Shown here in pieces: positions 1-12,700 of a stretch of 64,000 nucleotides of DNA. A program made the translations under genes and the position numbers. Below the pieces are notes generated by a model. The model saw nothing but the letters and a program-made list of their open reading frames with translations. It was not told where the DNA came from and did no database searches. The stretch covers positions 7,936,001-8,000,000 of the forward strand of contig CP158636.1 in assembly GCA_050273025.1 (NCBI GenBank), written 5' to 3'. Positions within the stretch are counted from its first letter, which is position 1, and each line of letters begins with the position of its first letter. This stretch comes from Cenococcum geophilum (taxonomy: Eukaryota).

Positions 1-3000
1 CTATAAAGGCTTAAAGCTATTATCCTTATAGTAGGGCTTAATAATAGTTAAGTGGAATTAAGTAGGTCTATAGGGCATCTAAAGAGTATAAGTTTAACTA
101 TTAATTATAATAAGTTTATATAGGCCTAACTATCCTCCCTTTTTACGCTATACGCGTACCTCTAATTAGAGTGGCAGATTAAGCGTAGTTAAGGTATTTA
201 GGCCATTTCTTATTCCTAGTATGTTGTTAACCTAGCGCGTGGCGTAGAGACATTATACCTCCTTTATTACCTTACAAATAGCCTTAGCTTATTATATAAT
301 AAAGGGAGATAGTAGAGAATTATTAGTTATTTAAGGGTAGGCGCTAAAGACTAGCAATATAGGTATAAGCCTATCTAGGCTAGCGGTATTATTAATAGCC
401 TTAATAGCCATCTATAGAATAAGCTCTTTGCTAGCACCCTCTAGTTCTAAAGAAATAATCTTATATACGCGGCGTAATAGTATATAATATCGTTCTACTT
501 TTCTAATACTATTATATGCCTTAACGGGGACTTCCTTAACCTTAATTATTATTGCCTTTACCTATTATCAAAACTCCGTAAATAAGAAGTTCTTTCCTAT
601 ATTATAAATAATTTAATTAGGGGGTCCTAGGTAGACATTAATCTAGTATAATTAAAGAGTATCCTATACGTTCCTAGCTAATATATCTTTTAAAAAGCGT
701 GCGGCTTAGAAGGAGGTTAAGAAGTTAATAACTTAGAGTACTAGCTTGCCGCTAAGATATATAATATCTATAATAATATAGAAGTTAAAGTTATAGTTAT
801 CTTTAAGAGTAAACTTAAATCGGCTAGGGGACTTCTAGTTTATTTAGCAGTAGTAGCAGTACTTTATAAGATATTTAATTACCTTAACCTTAACTTTATA
901 ACCTATTCACTAAAGGACCCTAAGCAATTAGTAAACAGATAGGTGGCCAAAACAACGGTATAGTTAATATAACTCTAACTTAGTTAGGTAGCTCTAAGTA
1001 ACGCTCCTTTCTAGCTATTAAAAGAGTAATTAAGGGTAACCCTACTTACGTACAACGGGCACCTAATTATCTCCCTAGACAAGTATATTCTTAAGGTTAT
1101 TAAGCTTAATACCTAATTTATCTATATCTTAGATATAGAATAGGAATAGGGTGTTCGCGGGGATAATATAGAAAGTAATATATCCTAACGGGGTTTAGAC
1201 CTTAATTATGCCAAGAAAGATTATAGTACCCTTACTAAAGCAAATTGTATATTAGCCTACTATTAATTAGTTAATTTAAATAGAGCTATTAAGCTACTAA
1301 AGAGCTTAAACTTAAGGCTCTCCTACTATAGATACTCCTGCGGCTCTAGTATCTAGTATAATGCTATAAAAGACGTTCGCTAAGTATCTATCATTAAAGG
1401 AGAATATAGAACTTTCCTTTAGCTTATTAAAGATATCTAACTTTATAATAGAATAGAGCGTAGATTAGTTATTAAGGATAGCAACGGTTTATATACCATT
1501 TACCTTACCATACTTAATAAAGTATTAGTTGGGAGAGTAGTCCTTAATTTCTATATCTATAAGGAGCTATTCGGCCTTATTAACCTCACCCTTAAGATCT
1601 TCTTCGCCTTTATATTAAACTAGGAAGTTTTAGAAGTAGGCTATAGTAACCTCTTGGTTTTTAACGTTTTATATACTCTGGCGAAACCTATTATATACCT
1701 CCTTTCGTCTATTAAGAGGGTGTCTAGTTAACTAGTAATTTGGCTTCTTATAAATATAGCACTTCTTTTAATAATTGCTCCAAAGTGAACCTCTATAAGG
1801 ACCTCCATAATTACCTTATAGTTAACGTTAATTATACCCTTTACTATATCCCCTACTACGTCTACTATATATTTAATCAGTCTAGTTATAATTATATTAG
1901 TTAGCCGGGTTAATTAAGGTAGGTTAAAGTTAGGCGTTAAATTACTATACTTCTTAAAAGCGTAGAGCGGTGCTAATAGAGGATTTTAATTAAGTATATA
2001 CTCCTTTATAAGTACTTATAGGGTTAAAGAGAGCAAGATTGTATTCTTTAATACCTTAGCATGCGCTAATAACTTAATTACGTAGGCTAAGGTCCTCTTA
2101 ATATAATTTAGATAAACTATACTAAATTATCTAAAGTTAATTAAAAAGCTTTTAAAGACAATTAAGCCGAGAGATACCTAGGTTTATAGCAATAATTCTT
2201 AGAAAGGTAGTCTCTCTTTACTCCAATATATATTGCTACTTATTCTCTTTTATTTTAAAGTAGCATCTTATCTTATATATTATTCGGTTAAAATCATATC
2301 CTTTTCCTACTAAATAATCATAATAGAAGGTACTAGCGCGGCCCTTAAGCATAACGGAATAGGCGTTATAATATTAGTTAGGTTCTAGTCTAACCTTCTA
2401 ATAATAGTTATAGAAGATATACAGCTTCGAATTAAGGATATTATATAGTTCCCCACTAAACTTCTTCTTTTAATCCACATAGAGCTTTATAAGCTCTATA
2501 AGCATTTTTAAAGTACCTCCAAGTAGTATTAAACTATATTAAAATTATATTGGAGATTAAGGTAGGGATTGCTTTATAGGCTGTAGTGGAGATATAGGGC
2601 TTAGTAGAACATAGCGTGGTACTTAATCTTCCTATAGTAGAGTTTAAAGGTTGTTAAATCGCAAAGTAAGGGGATCTTGCGCTTACTCTTAAGGGGTAGT
2701 GGTTAATATTGCTGGTTAAATTAGTAGATCCTAGGGAGCTAGAGATAAAGGTAGAAGCAATAGATGCGGAATATAAGAACTTATACCTAAAGCAATGGAA
2801 TTAGAGCGCGTCTTTATTAGCGTATCGTTTAGATTCCATTATAAGTTAAGCTTCCTCTTAGTGTGTAGTTAGTACTTAACCTCTTATAGAGTCCATTCGT
2901 GCTCTTCTTTTACGTTAATAACTTGCTTCTAAATATTATCTCTAATAGTACCCCCATCCATAGGGACAAATACTCTATTCTCCCAAAGGAAGTTATAGAA

Positions 3001-3908
3001 GTCTTATATAACGTCCTTCTTCGCAAAAGCCTATATTTCCTTTATCTATTTAATAAAGTCCTCCTTTATACAATACTATAGCTCGGTATTATTATATTCG
3101 CTATCTATATAGTATACTATATAGTATACTAAGAATCCATTTAGGTCCTATTCCTTAGCGTTTATAGGGTTAATGTCTATATCCCACGTCTCCGGGTTAA
3201 TGCTTTTCTCGTACTTCTTTAGGTAGGTTAACGCTATAGTAGGTATAGAATTAACGGGGTGTCGTACGTTAAAGGTAGGTAGGGTTTTTAGCTTTATAGA
3301 ATCTCATAGGTTTGCTGTTAAAAGGTAGGCAATTGAGATGTTGTTAACGTGTTTTGGACGTTAACTTTAGGACTATAGGTTTAGTAATACTTCTGACCTA
3401 AAGTACTTAACCAAATCTTCGTATGCGTAGTTATTTAACGCGTTTTAGACGTTAATTTTAGGACTATAGGTTTAGTAACACTTCTAACCTAAAGTACTTA
3501 ACCAAATCTTTGTAAATATAGTTGTTCTGCGTAATAGACGCAACTTAGTATCTCCTAGTACTTAGTAACACTTCTGTTACTAGTTTTCCGCAAGTCTAAA
3601 GTAGTACAGTATTGCCGGGATCTATTCCATATGAGCGCATATGGCACCCCTATATAAGACTATCTCTTCTGTTCGAAAACCTAGCTGCTCTGTAGTTAAC
3701 TGTGTATTTAACCACTGATTAGTATTAGAAACATAGGGTAACTCACTAATAATGACTACTTAAGTAAGGTTACAGTAATATTGGTTAATTCTTATTAATA
3801 GGAATAAGGAAAGGGGTGAGGAACTTAAGGTTCCTCACCACGCTAGGGCCACGTCGACACGTGACGGCAATATGCTTCATGTGACGGCAACTTGCCTTAT
3901 TCCCGACA
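1..3908 (-). mobile_element. Ty1/Copia LTR retrotransposon copy 1 (5' part: LTR, gag, protease, integrase), RIP-inactivated, runs off the window; inserted in the 5' LTR of the Gypsy element
   Basis: 1-~1905 aligns with 13880-15780 and 29700-31600 (Copia integrase region) with mostly transition differences. LTR at ~3725-3908 ends ...TTCCCGACA and shares AAGGGGTGAGGAACTTAAGGTTCCTCACCACGCTAG with the other Copia LTRs. Gypsy LTR sequence resumes at 3909. Confidence 0.85.
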
Positions 3909-6900
3909 ACTTGCTTTACTTATATACCTAGCCCATTAACAAGCCCATCGTAGTTCTTGCTATAAGGTTCCGTTATATAATTACTACCTAGTTATAGTAA
4001 TAAGTACAGAAAGTCGAATAATATGCCATCAAAAGCACTAACCACGACGCCATTAACGGCGGCAACTACTTTAAGGTTAGGTAACGACACTAGTATAGCA
4101 GACACTAACTTATAGCAACCTATAACGGTTAGATAGCTATAAGAAATAGTTAACCAGTTAATAGAAAATAATACAATATTAGAAAATAGGATTAACGGGA
4201 TAGGCGTAGTAAAGGTTAAGTTACTATTAATTAAAAGATACTTAGGAGAGAGATTAAAGCTTAAAGGATTCCTTATATAAATGCACTTTAAGGTAGCATA
4301 GGAAGGAGCAAAGCTGGCAATACCTATAGATTAAATAGCCTATATAGGACTATTCTTAACAGGAAGAGCACTTAAATGGTTTAAGCTTTACCTTATAGAA
4401 ATATAAGCGAATAGCATAATAACTACTAACTAAGAGGTACGGTTTATGTTCTTAAGCTAGAATGGATTTATAGAACGACTTACGCAAATATTTAGAGACC
4501 TAGAGGCAGTAACTATAGTAAAAAGAAAACTCTAAAACATTACGTAATAAACCTTAGCAATTAAGTATATAACGTAGTTTTAGACGTTAGTAATATAAGT
4601 AGAGTAGAATAATAAGGCGCTTATAGCATAGTATAAGCAGGGACTTAAGGCTAAAGTTTAAGACGTAATTATCCTAATAGAAGATGCGGATACCCTAAGG
4701 GAACTAATAGATTAGGCAATTAAGATTAATAATTAGATCTACTAAAGGGAATAGGCTAAGAAAGGTTAGGATAGAGTTCTATAGTTATATAAGGCGCAAA
4801 GTACGCAACAACTAAAGCTAAGTTAAAAACTATAGTATGGCGCAGAGCTAATAGACCTTAGTAGTACTAAAGAAGCCTATAAGAGATAGAGTAAGAAACC
4901 GTGGAAACCTAAAGGATAAGAATTAAGTAATTAAAGGTCTAAGGAGTAGAGGCTAAATTAGGGATCTTAGTAGCAGAAGACATTTAGGCGGACTCTATAG
5001 TAAGAAAAATGGTTTAAAAAGGGAGCTTATATAAATTGCGGAAAATAGGGTTATTACGTTAGAGACTATAGAAGTGGGCAGAGTTACTATATAGTAAAAG
5101 GTATAAGACTAGTAGACGATATACACGTATAGAGGGACGATAATATGCTACGAGAAACAAAAGAATATTTAATTAAAAGTTTTGCGTTCTATTACAATAA
5201 CGTATACCGAATTTATAAGGACGCTAAGTATAGCGTAAGCTATTAGTTATAGGAGCTAGCATTTATAGGATGCAGAGGAACTAACGAACTAGTTTACAAA
5301 TCGGATATTAAGGACGATAAATTTGATATAGGCGAAACATTCCGTAACAATAAGGTAATAAGAGCGGTTTACTGGGAACGCGTAGCTATCAGAAATATTA
5401 CACCAGAGGTAGAGGATAATTCCACTATAGAATAGGGAACATTAGTTGGGATTAAGACCCTACTAGATATAATATCTATCGCTTTATAAGACGTAAGAGA
5501 AGTAGAATAGCGAACTACTTCGGCACTTAATAAAGGCAAAAGGCTATAAGCTTAAGATTCTTAAGATAAGATGCGAGACGACTAAGATTCTTAAGACGAG
5601 ATAAGGTAAGCTTAAGGACCTATAACGGACGATAACCGATAAAGCAGAGTAACGACTTAGTTTAGTAATATACAAATAAGCTTAGGACGGAGTTTCCTTA
5701 AGGCATAAGACTCTTAAGATAAGATAAGAACACTAAGTAAGCCTAGTTAGACTAAGGCTGGAGTAAAGCTTAAGATAGAAGCAAGCTTAGGATTAAAAAT
5801 CCAAAAGGATTAAGAATTCGGAGTACGAATTAAGACACCCATAAGTAAGAGGCAAGGGGCTTCTTTATAGATTAGAGAATCTACGGCATAAATAGTAATT
5901 AGACTAGGAGACGAATATATAGACTTAGAGGATTTACTAGTAGAATATAGTGTTCGGACTAAAGATTAAAAAGTTAATACTAAGATTAAGAAGTAAGAGA
6001 ACTTTAAGGATTAAAGCGTAAGACGCAAACTAAAAAAAACTATAGAAGAGTTTAGGCAAAGAATTATTATATAGTAAAAACAGAAACTAGATAAGAGATC
6101 TAGTATATTAGGACGTATAAAGGATAGAGTACTAGTATAAAGAATTACTAATAGGCTTAGGGCAGGCATACTAAGAGCTAAGTGGCTTACTAAACTGGAA
6201 GACAAAGAGAATCTAGGGATCCCTACTAGGTTTGAAGAACGACACATAAAGGGCTGTCACGACGCAGTAATAAGAAGATACTTCCTTACGGATAAGCTAT
6301 ATATACTTTAGTAGCTATACCAAAAGTAGTATAAGCAAAGGCACAATAATAAGTAGGAAGATTTCTATATGTGGTTAAATAAAAGAGTTATTTAGGACCA
6401 CCTAATTATAGAAAAGGCTATAACGCATATTAAAGGAGCCTTAATTATAATGTTAAAGGATCTAAAGGAACGATTAAAGGACTAGAGAAGTAAGAAACGC
6501 ATCTTAGTACCTACGAACAAAGTTATAACGTTTAGATTAGCATAATAAAGGTTTAAACTTAAAGATAAAGACGAGTTAAGAGTTAACCCAAAATACCTAG
6601 TACACTATATATTATTATAGATCGCGTATATGGACGATATATACGACATATATAAGAATCTAAAGGAAAAGAATTAGAAATACCCTATAAGGATATACTA
6701 GATAACAGATAAGTAATAGTATAGGAATACCAAATATATATATAAATGGCATCCAGCAAAGGTCTAAGAGGAAGGAAGTTTAGTACTTTAACTAGGAAGA
6801 TTCCTTATAGAAGAATACTTAGACGGATAATAGTAGTAGGAATGCTTAGAGAATATATATCTATAGTATATTAAAGATAAAAAGCAAACTAGGTATTAGC

Positions 6901-7877
6901 TAAAAAGCGAGCTAAGTATATAAGGATTAAGCAGCTAATAATTAGGAAAAGTAGAGGCCTATAGGACTAGAGGGAACTAGTAGTAGAGCCTTAAACCCTT
7001 AAAGGAATCTAGGGACAACACCTAAATTTATAAGTTAATTAGTAAGATTAGCAGTTTAAAGCGCTAATAGATAGTAGAGCAATAAGGAACTATATCTTAC
7101 TAGCAGCAGTTAAGAGAATAGGACTACCTCACAGATAGAAGGAGCAACCTTACCTATTAGTTACGATTTTAGGAAATCTAATAGCCTATAGAGGAGGGAT
7201 TATTAATCTTAAAATAGGACCTATTTAGATAACTATTAAAGGAAGATAAATTAAGATATCTTTTAATATCCTACTATTAGGACGGGATAAGGCAGTATTA
7301 AATATGCCTTAGTTATAGAAATATAATCTAAGGATTGATTAGATTACAAGTTAGGTTAATATTAGAGATACTTAACGCCGTAAGATGCGATAATAAGCCA
7401 AGTTAGTATAGTACTAAATTAGAACAATATATAAAGAGACTAAGTAAGGCTTAAGTTATATACTAAAGAGATACTATAAGTATGGTAAGAAACTATAGTC
7501 ACTAGAAAGTAAAAAGCTATTAAATTATATAGTATAGGACTATAAGATAGAATTAGAACCAGAAATAACATCGGCAAAATATGGTACCCTTTCAATGGCC
7601 TCAATGGTTGGTGGTTGACGCAATTGGCGCGCAGTTGAGGGCATTTGGCAACTCGACCGACTAGCCTATATCGTGTTTTTTTGACACGCAGCCTGCGCGC
7701 AACCTGCGCGCAACCTGCCAGCAATCTACGCATTTGGCAACCATAATTATATTTACCTCTTTTATACTAATAACATATTTTAAATAAATAAAAGCTATTT
7801 TAAAGCTATTTATAAGGCTAGCAAAATAAATATTATTATTTTAGATAATTTAATATAATATAGCGATGGTTCTCTTC

Positions 7878-8240
7878 TACCTATTTACCTATTGACTTAC
7901 CTACCTGCCTGCATCGCCTACCTATCTGCATCGCCTACCTATCTATATCTACCTATCTGCATTTGCCTACCTATCTATATCTACCTACCTATTTATATCT
8001 ACTTGTCTGTATCTACTTATCTGCATCTACTTACTAGTCTGCATCTACCTACCTATCTATATCTGCCTACCCGTTAGCATCTACCTACCTATCTGCATCT
8101 GCTTGCCTATTTGCATCTACTTACCTATCTATATCTGCCTACCTATCTATATCTACTTACCTGTCTGCATCTACCTACCTGTCTACATCTACCTACCCGT
8201 CAGCATCTACCTGTTTGTGCCTACCTGTCTGTGCTACCTT
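7878..8240. repeat. (ACCT/ATCT)n-type degenerate microsatellite in element A
   Basis: Direct inspection; the reverse-complement counterpart lies at 24420-24650. Confidence 0.85.
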
Positions 8241-8284
8241 AATTCGATCGATCGATCGAATCGTTTATAGTGTTGGCTGGCTAG

Positions 8285-8690
8285 TCGTTGTCGTCTGGCT
8301 CTGGCGACGGTCGTCTGGTTCTGGCGACGGTCGTCTGGCTCTGGCAACGGTCGTCTGGTTCTGGCAACGGTCGTCTGGCTCTGGCAACGGTCGTCTGGTT
8401 CTGGTAACGGTCGTCTGGCTGGCGACGGTCGTCTGGTTCTGGTAACGGTCGTCTGGTTCTGGCGACGATCGTCTGGCTCTGGCAACGGTCGTCTGGTTCT
8501 GGCGACGGTCGTCTGGCTCTGGCAACGGTCGTCTGGTTCTGGTAACGGTCGTCTGGCTGGCGACGGTCGTCTGGTTCTGGCGACAGTCGTCTGGTTCTGG
8601 CGACAGTCGTCTGGTTCTGGCGACAGTCGTCTGGTTCTGGTGACAGTCGTCTGGTTCTGGCGACGGTCGTCTAGTTCTAGCAACGGTCCT
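8285..8690. repeat. 20-bp tandem array (GGCGACGGTCGTCTGGTTCT)n
   Basis: Period of 20 visible; the same unit occurs in reverse complement at 23990-24345. Confidence 0.9.
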
Positions 8691-8819
8691 CTGCTGGCTG
8701 CCGTTCTGGTGCCTCCCTAGGTAGGGAGGATATAAAGAAGGAAGGAAGGGTAAAAAATAAGGTGGCTACATAGGGTAGAGGCACGTGTAGAGGCTATCGG
8801 GAATATAGCGGGGACCCGA

Positions 8820-9218
8820 TGCAGAGCTTCGTGTAGAGCCTCTGTACGCAGAGCTTCGTGCAGAGCCTCTGTACGCAGAGCTTCGCGCAGAGCCTCGCGC
8901 AGAGCCTCGCGCAGAGCCTCGCGCAGAGCCTCGCGCAGAGCCTCGTGCAGAGCTTCGTGCAGAGCTTCGTGCAGAGCTTCGTGCAGAGCTTCGTGCAGAG
9001 CTTCGTGCAGAGCTTCGTGCAGAGCTTCGTGCAGAGCTTCGTGCAGAGCTTCGTGCAGAGCTTCGTGCAGAGCCTCTGTACGCAGAGCTTCGTGTAGAGC
9101 CTCGTGTAGAGCCTTATGCGAAGCTTCGTGCAGAGCTTTGTGCAGAGCCTCTATGCGCAGAGCTTCGTGCAGAGCCTCTGTACGCAGAGCTTCGTGTAGA
9201 GCCTCGTGCAGAGCCTCC
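8820..9218. repeat. 12-bp tandem array (GCAGAGCTTCGT)n
   Basis: Period of 12; gives the spurious HEAL/QSFV repeat ORFs. The same unit occurs at 23205-23850 and 39405-39730. Confidence 0.92.
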
Positions 9219-9346
9219 AAGTAATAAGACTATAAGATTGTATAAGATTGTATAAGATTATATAAGATTATATATAATAGTTAAATATATAGCATATAAC
9301 TTTACCTTAATCGCACGTTAAGAAATATACAGTTAGCTTTTAAAGT

Positions 9347-9700
9347 TGTTAAGTAGGTTAACTGCATATTAAGTTAGTTAAATTATATGTTAAGTAGGTT
9401 AACTGCGTATTAAGTTAGTTAAATTGCATGTTAAGTAGGTTAACTGTATATTAAGTTAGTTAAATTGCATGTTAAGTAGGTTAACTGCGTATTAAGTTAG
9501 TTAAATTGTATGTTAAGTAGGTCAACTGCGTGTTAAGTTAGTTAAATTATATGTTAAGTAGGTCAACTGCGTATTAAGTTAGTTAAATTGCATGTTAAGT
9601 AGGTTAACTGCGTATTAAGTTAGTTAAATTGCATATTAAGTAGGTCAACTGCGTGTTAAGTTAGTTAATTGCGTGTCGAGTTGGTTAAATTGCATATTAA
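9347..9700. repeat. 41-bp tandem array (GTTAAGTAGGTTAACTGCGTATTAAGTTAGTTAAATTGCAT)n
   Basis: About 8 units visible, subterminal in element A. Confidence 0.85.
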
Positions 9701-12700
9701 TTACGCGAAACGCGAAAACCAAAGTCTACTTAAATCTCATCCTGCGAATATTTTCCCGATAAAGTCTAAAGTTCTTTCTAATATACAAGCTTACTAAAGA
9801 AGAAGGTAGAGTACTAAAAGAGTTTATCTAGGAAAACCTATAAAAGGGATATATTAGACCATTACAGTTATTAGCGGGATATCTAGTACTATTTATACTA
9901 AAGAAGAATAGCAAACTAAGGCTATATATCAACTATAGACAGTTAAACAGCATTACTAGGAAGGATAGGTATCCTTTGCCCTTAATTAGCGAAATCTAAG
10001 ATAGAATAGGCAACGCGTAAATCTTTATAAAGATAGATCTAAGATAGGCGTACCATTAGATTAGGATTAAGGAAGGCGATAAATAGAAGGCAGCCTTTAG
10101 GTCAAAGGAAGGACTATATAAACTATTAGTTATGCAATTTAGGCTTATAAACGCACTAGTAATATTTTAAAAGCGTATTAACAATATATTAGGAGAATAC
10201 TTAGATGAATTTGTTATGGTATACCTTAACAATATTATTATCTACTTAATAACTAAGGAAAAACATGGGGAACACGTTAAATAGGTTTTAAAGAGACTAT
10301 AAGAAGAACAAATGCTAGTAGCAATTAAGAAATGCGAGTTCTTTACTAGGAAGACCGATTTTGTTAGATTTATTATTAAACTAAGCCAACTTAGCATAGA
10401 TCTAAAAAAGATTAAGGCTATAGTAAATTGGTAAAAACTAGAGAATATTACGCAGTTAAGATTGTTCCTAGGGTTTTGCAATTACTATAGAAGGTTTATA
10501 GCGTAGTAGTTAAAGGACATTAAGCCATTTACGCGGTTAATAAAGAAAGAAGAACTATGGGCATGGGGAGAGGAACAAAGGGAACTCTTTAAAAAAGTTA
10601 AAGAGTTGTTTACCTAAGAGCTAGTTCTTAAGATCTATTAACTAGGACTAGAAACGGTTATAAAGATAAATATATTAGACTATGCACTAGGGGCATACTT
10701 TATATAAAAACATTAAAATAGATAGCACCTAGTGGCATATTACAGTTAAAAGATAATATTACTAGAGTTAAACTATAATATCTATAATAAGGAGTTGCTA
10801 GGTATAGTTATAGCATTAAAGAAATAGAGAGCATTCTTACAAGGCACGGAAAAACTATTTATAGTTAAGATAGATTATAAAAACCTAATAGGATTCCTAA
10901 TAATAAAGGAACTTAACTAAAGATAGGTTAAATAGGCAGAGATACTTACAGAATACCATTTTAAGATTTAGTATACTAAGGGTATAAATAATATATAAGC
11001 AGACGCTCTAAGTTATAAGGCTAAACTACAAAATAATAAGAAGCTATTAGGGGCTTTACTGCGAAAAGATATAGACGGATTAATTAGGTATAACTATCTA
11101 AAAATCGCAGCAACTTGGGAAAACGATAAGTTAGAAAGAATTTATAAGATACTAAAAAGCTTTTGGGTATAGAAAATTCTAAAAGCATAACTAGAAGATC
11201 TATAGACGGATATATACAAAAATTAAGAAGTAAAGTATATCCTAAGAAGCATAGCGGAGCAATTTATAAAAGAATTTTATAAGGGATTAACTTAAGGATA
11301 TAATAGAGCTACGGGCTTAGTGTTAAGACTCTAAGAGGAGTATATTATTAATGGAATTTAGAGAATAGCTAGAAAGGTTATAAAAGAGTATCTAGATTGC
11401 TAAAGGAATAAACTAATAAGGCATAAGCTATACGGAGGGCTATAACCTATTAAAACACTAAAGAGACTATAAGAGGTTATATTATAAGTGTTAGTTACAC
11501 AAGGGGGATATTACGTAGCTACGGTTCGTAGATAGTATGATAATTATTCTATTGTTTTAATTAATAAAAGGGGTGAGGAACTTAAGGTTCCTCACCACGC
11601 TAGTGCCGCGGCGGCACGTGATGGCAACTTGCCGTACGTAATGGTAACTTGCTATATGTGACGGCAATATACCTTATATGGTGACCATTTACCTTTATTC
11701 CCAACACTAGTAACTCTTCTTTTGTAGTTGCTATCTATATATATATACCGCTTAACTAGCGGAACAAAAATTAATCCTCCTTACTTACTATTGCCATTAT
11801 AATATAAGTCTCGCTGTCCTAAAATTTGCCTCTTAGCATATGGTGCTTTCTTGCTTATAAGTTATGGGTAGGTATCTTATTAGTAGGGCCGCTAAGGCGC
11901 TAGCGGTAAGCGAGCCAATAGCGATTTTCCATCCCAGGGATGAAAAATCCTAATTGGCTAGTTTAAGTTAGGGTCTGCAGAATCTGACCAATTAGATAAC
12001 TTTAACCGCTGGTTAAAGTTCCTGGACATCTTAAGACCTTACGTAACTAAGAAATTTCTAGGGACTCTCTTTTAACCTAACCTTTAACGCGTATACGTAG
12101 AGTATTTATATTAATAAACGTCTCTAGTGCCTTATTTGGGTTCGCCTTTATTATTATATCTACTAGGTTATCTTAGCTATTAATTTATTAAATCTTAAAG
12201 AGTTCTTAATGCTTATAGGATTGCCAAAGTACTATAATATCGATTATAAGGCGCTTTTTCTTTGTGGTATTAAGCTTAACTAAACACTTATAGAGGGAAA
12301 ATGAATTAATGTATATAATTATAGGGATAACGGGAAGTTCGAGTTAATTTGTAATTATCTTTAGGGTAGTTCTAATTGTAATTGTTATATTAACTCTGCT
12401 AACTATTCTATATATCTCTAATACTAAAGTACTTCGGGTAACGTGCTTGCTTTTAGTTAAGCTCTAATAGATAAGATTGCTATAGATTGTAAAGTTATTC
12501 TCTCTAGTAAATTCGTTTGTAATAATAATCTTATATCCTAACTAAGAGCTAAAATCTTTATTATTTATAAATAATCTATTAATAAATATAAAGAGCTTAG
12601 TGGTAGAAAGATTAATAGGCATATAGAGTAGTCCCCAATTAAGATGGTTTATTTGCTAGAAAAGACGTTTATTTAGGGCAAGAATATTGTTCTTGGTTAG

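Larger units (their letters stand above)
7569..9761. mobile_element. Non-autonomous TIR DNA element A carrying tandem-repeat arrays, 2-bp TSD (AA)
   Basis: Ends CATCGGCAAAATAT ... ATATTTTCCCGATA. Removing the element and one AA restores the Gypsy pol frame (E-P-G-T-S-P-K-F-F-P-I-Y-K-L after reversing RIP changes). Confidence 0.75.

Noticed and set aside
8717..9220. HEAL/QSFV/CTKL/RASC repeat ORFs (also 23174-24051 and 39336-39794) and PEPDDR ORFs (8234-8683)
   Set aside because: They are translations of 12-bp and 20-bp tandem arrays, open in several frames at once inside non-autonomous TEs; there is no evidence they are genes.
8285..9700. Regular repeats as a possible CRISPR array
   Set aside because: Head-to-tail tandem units with no unique spacers, in a eukaryotic context with no cas genes.
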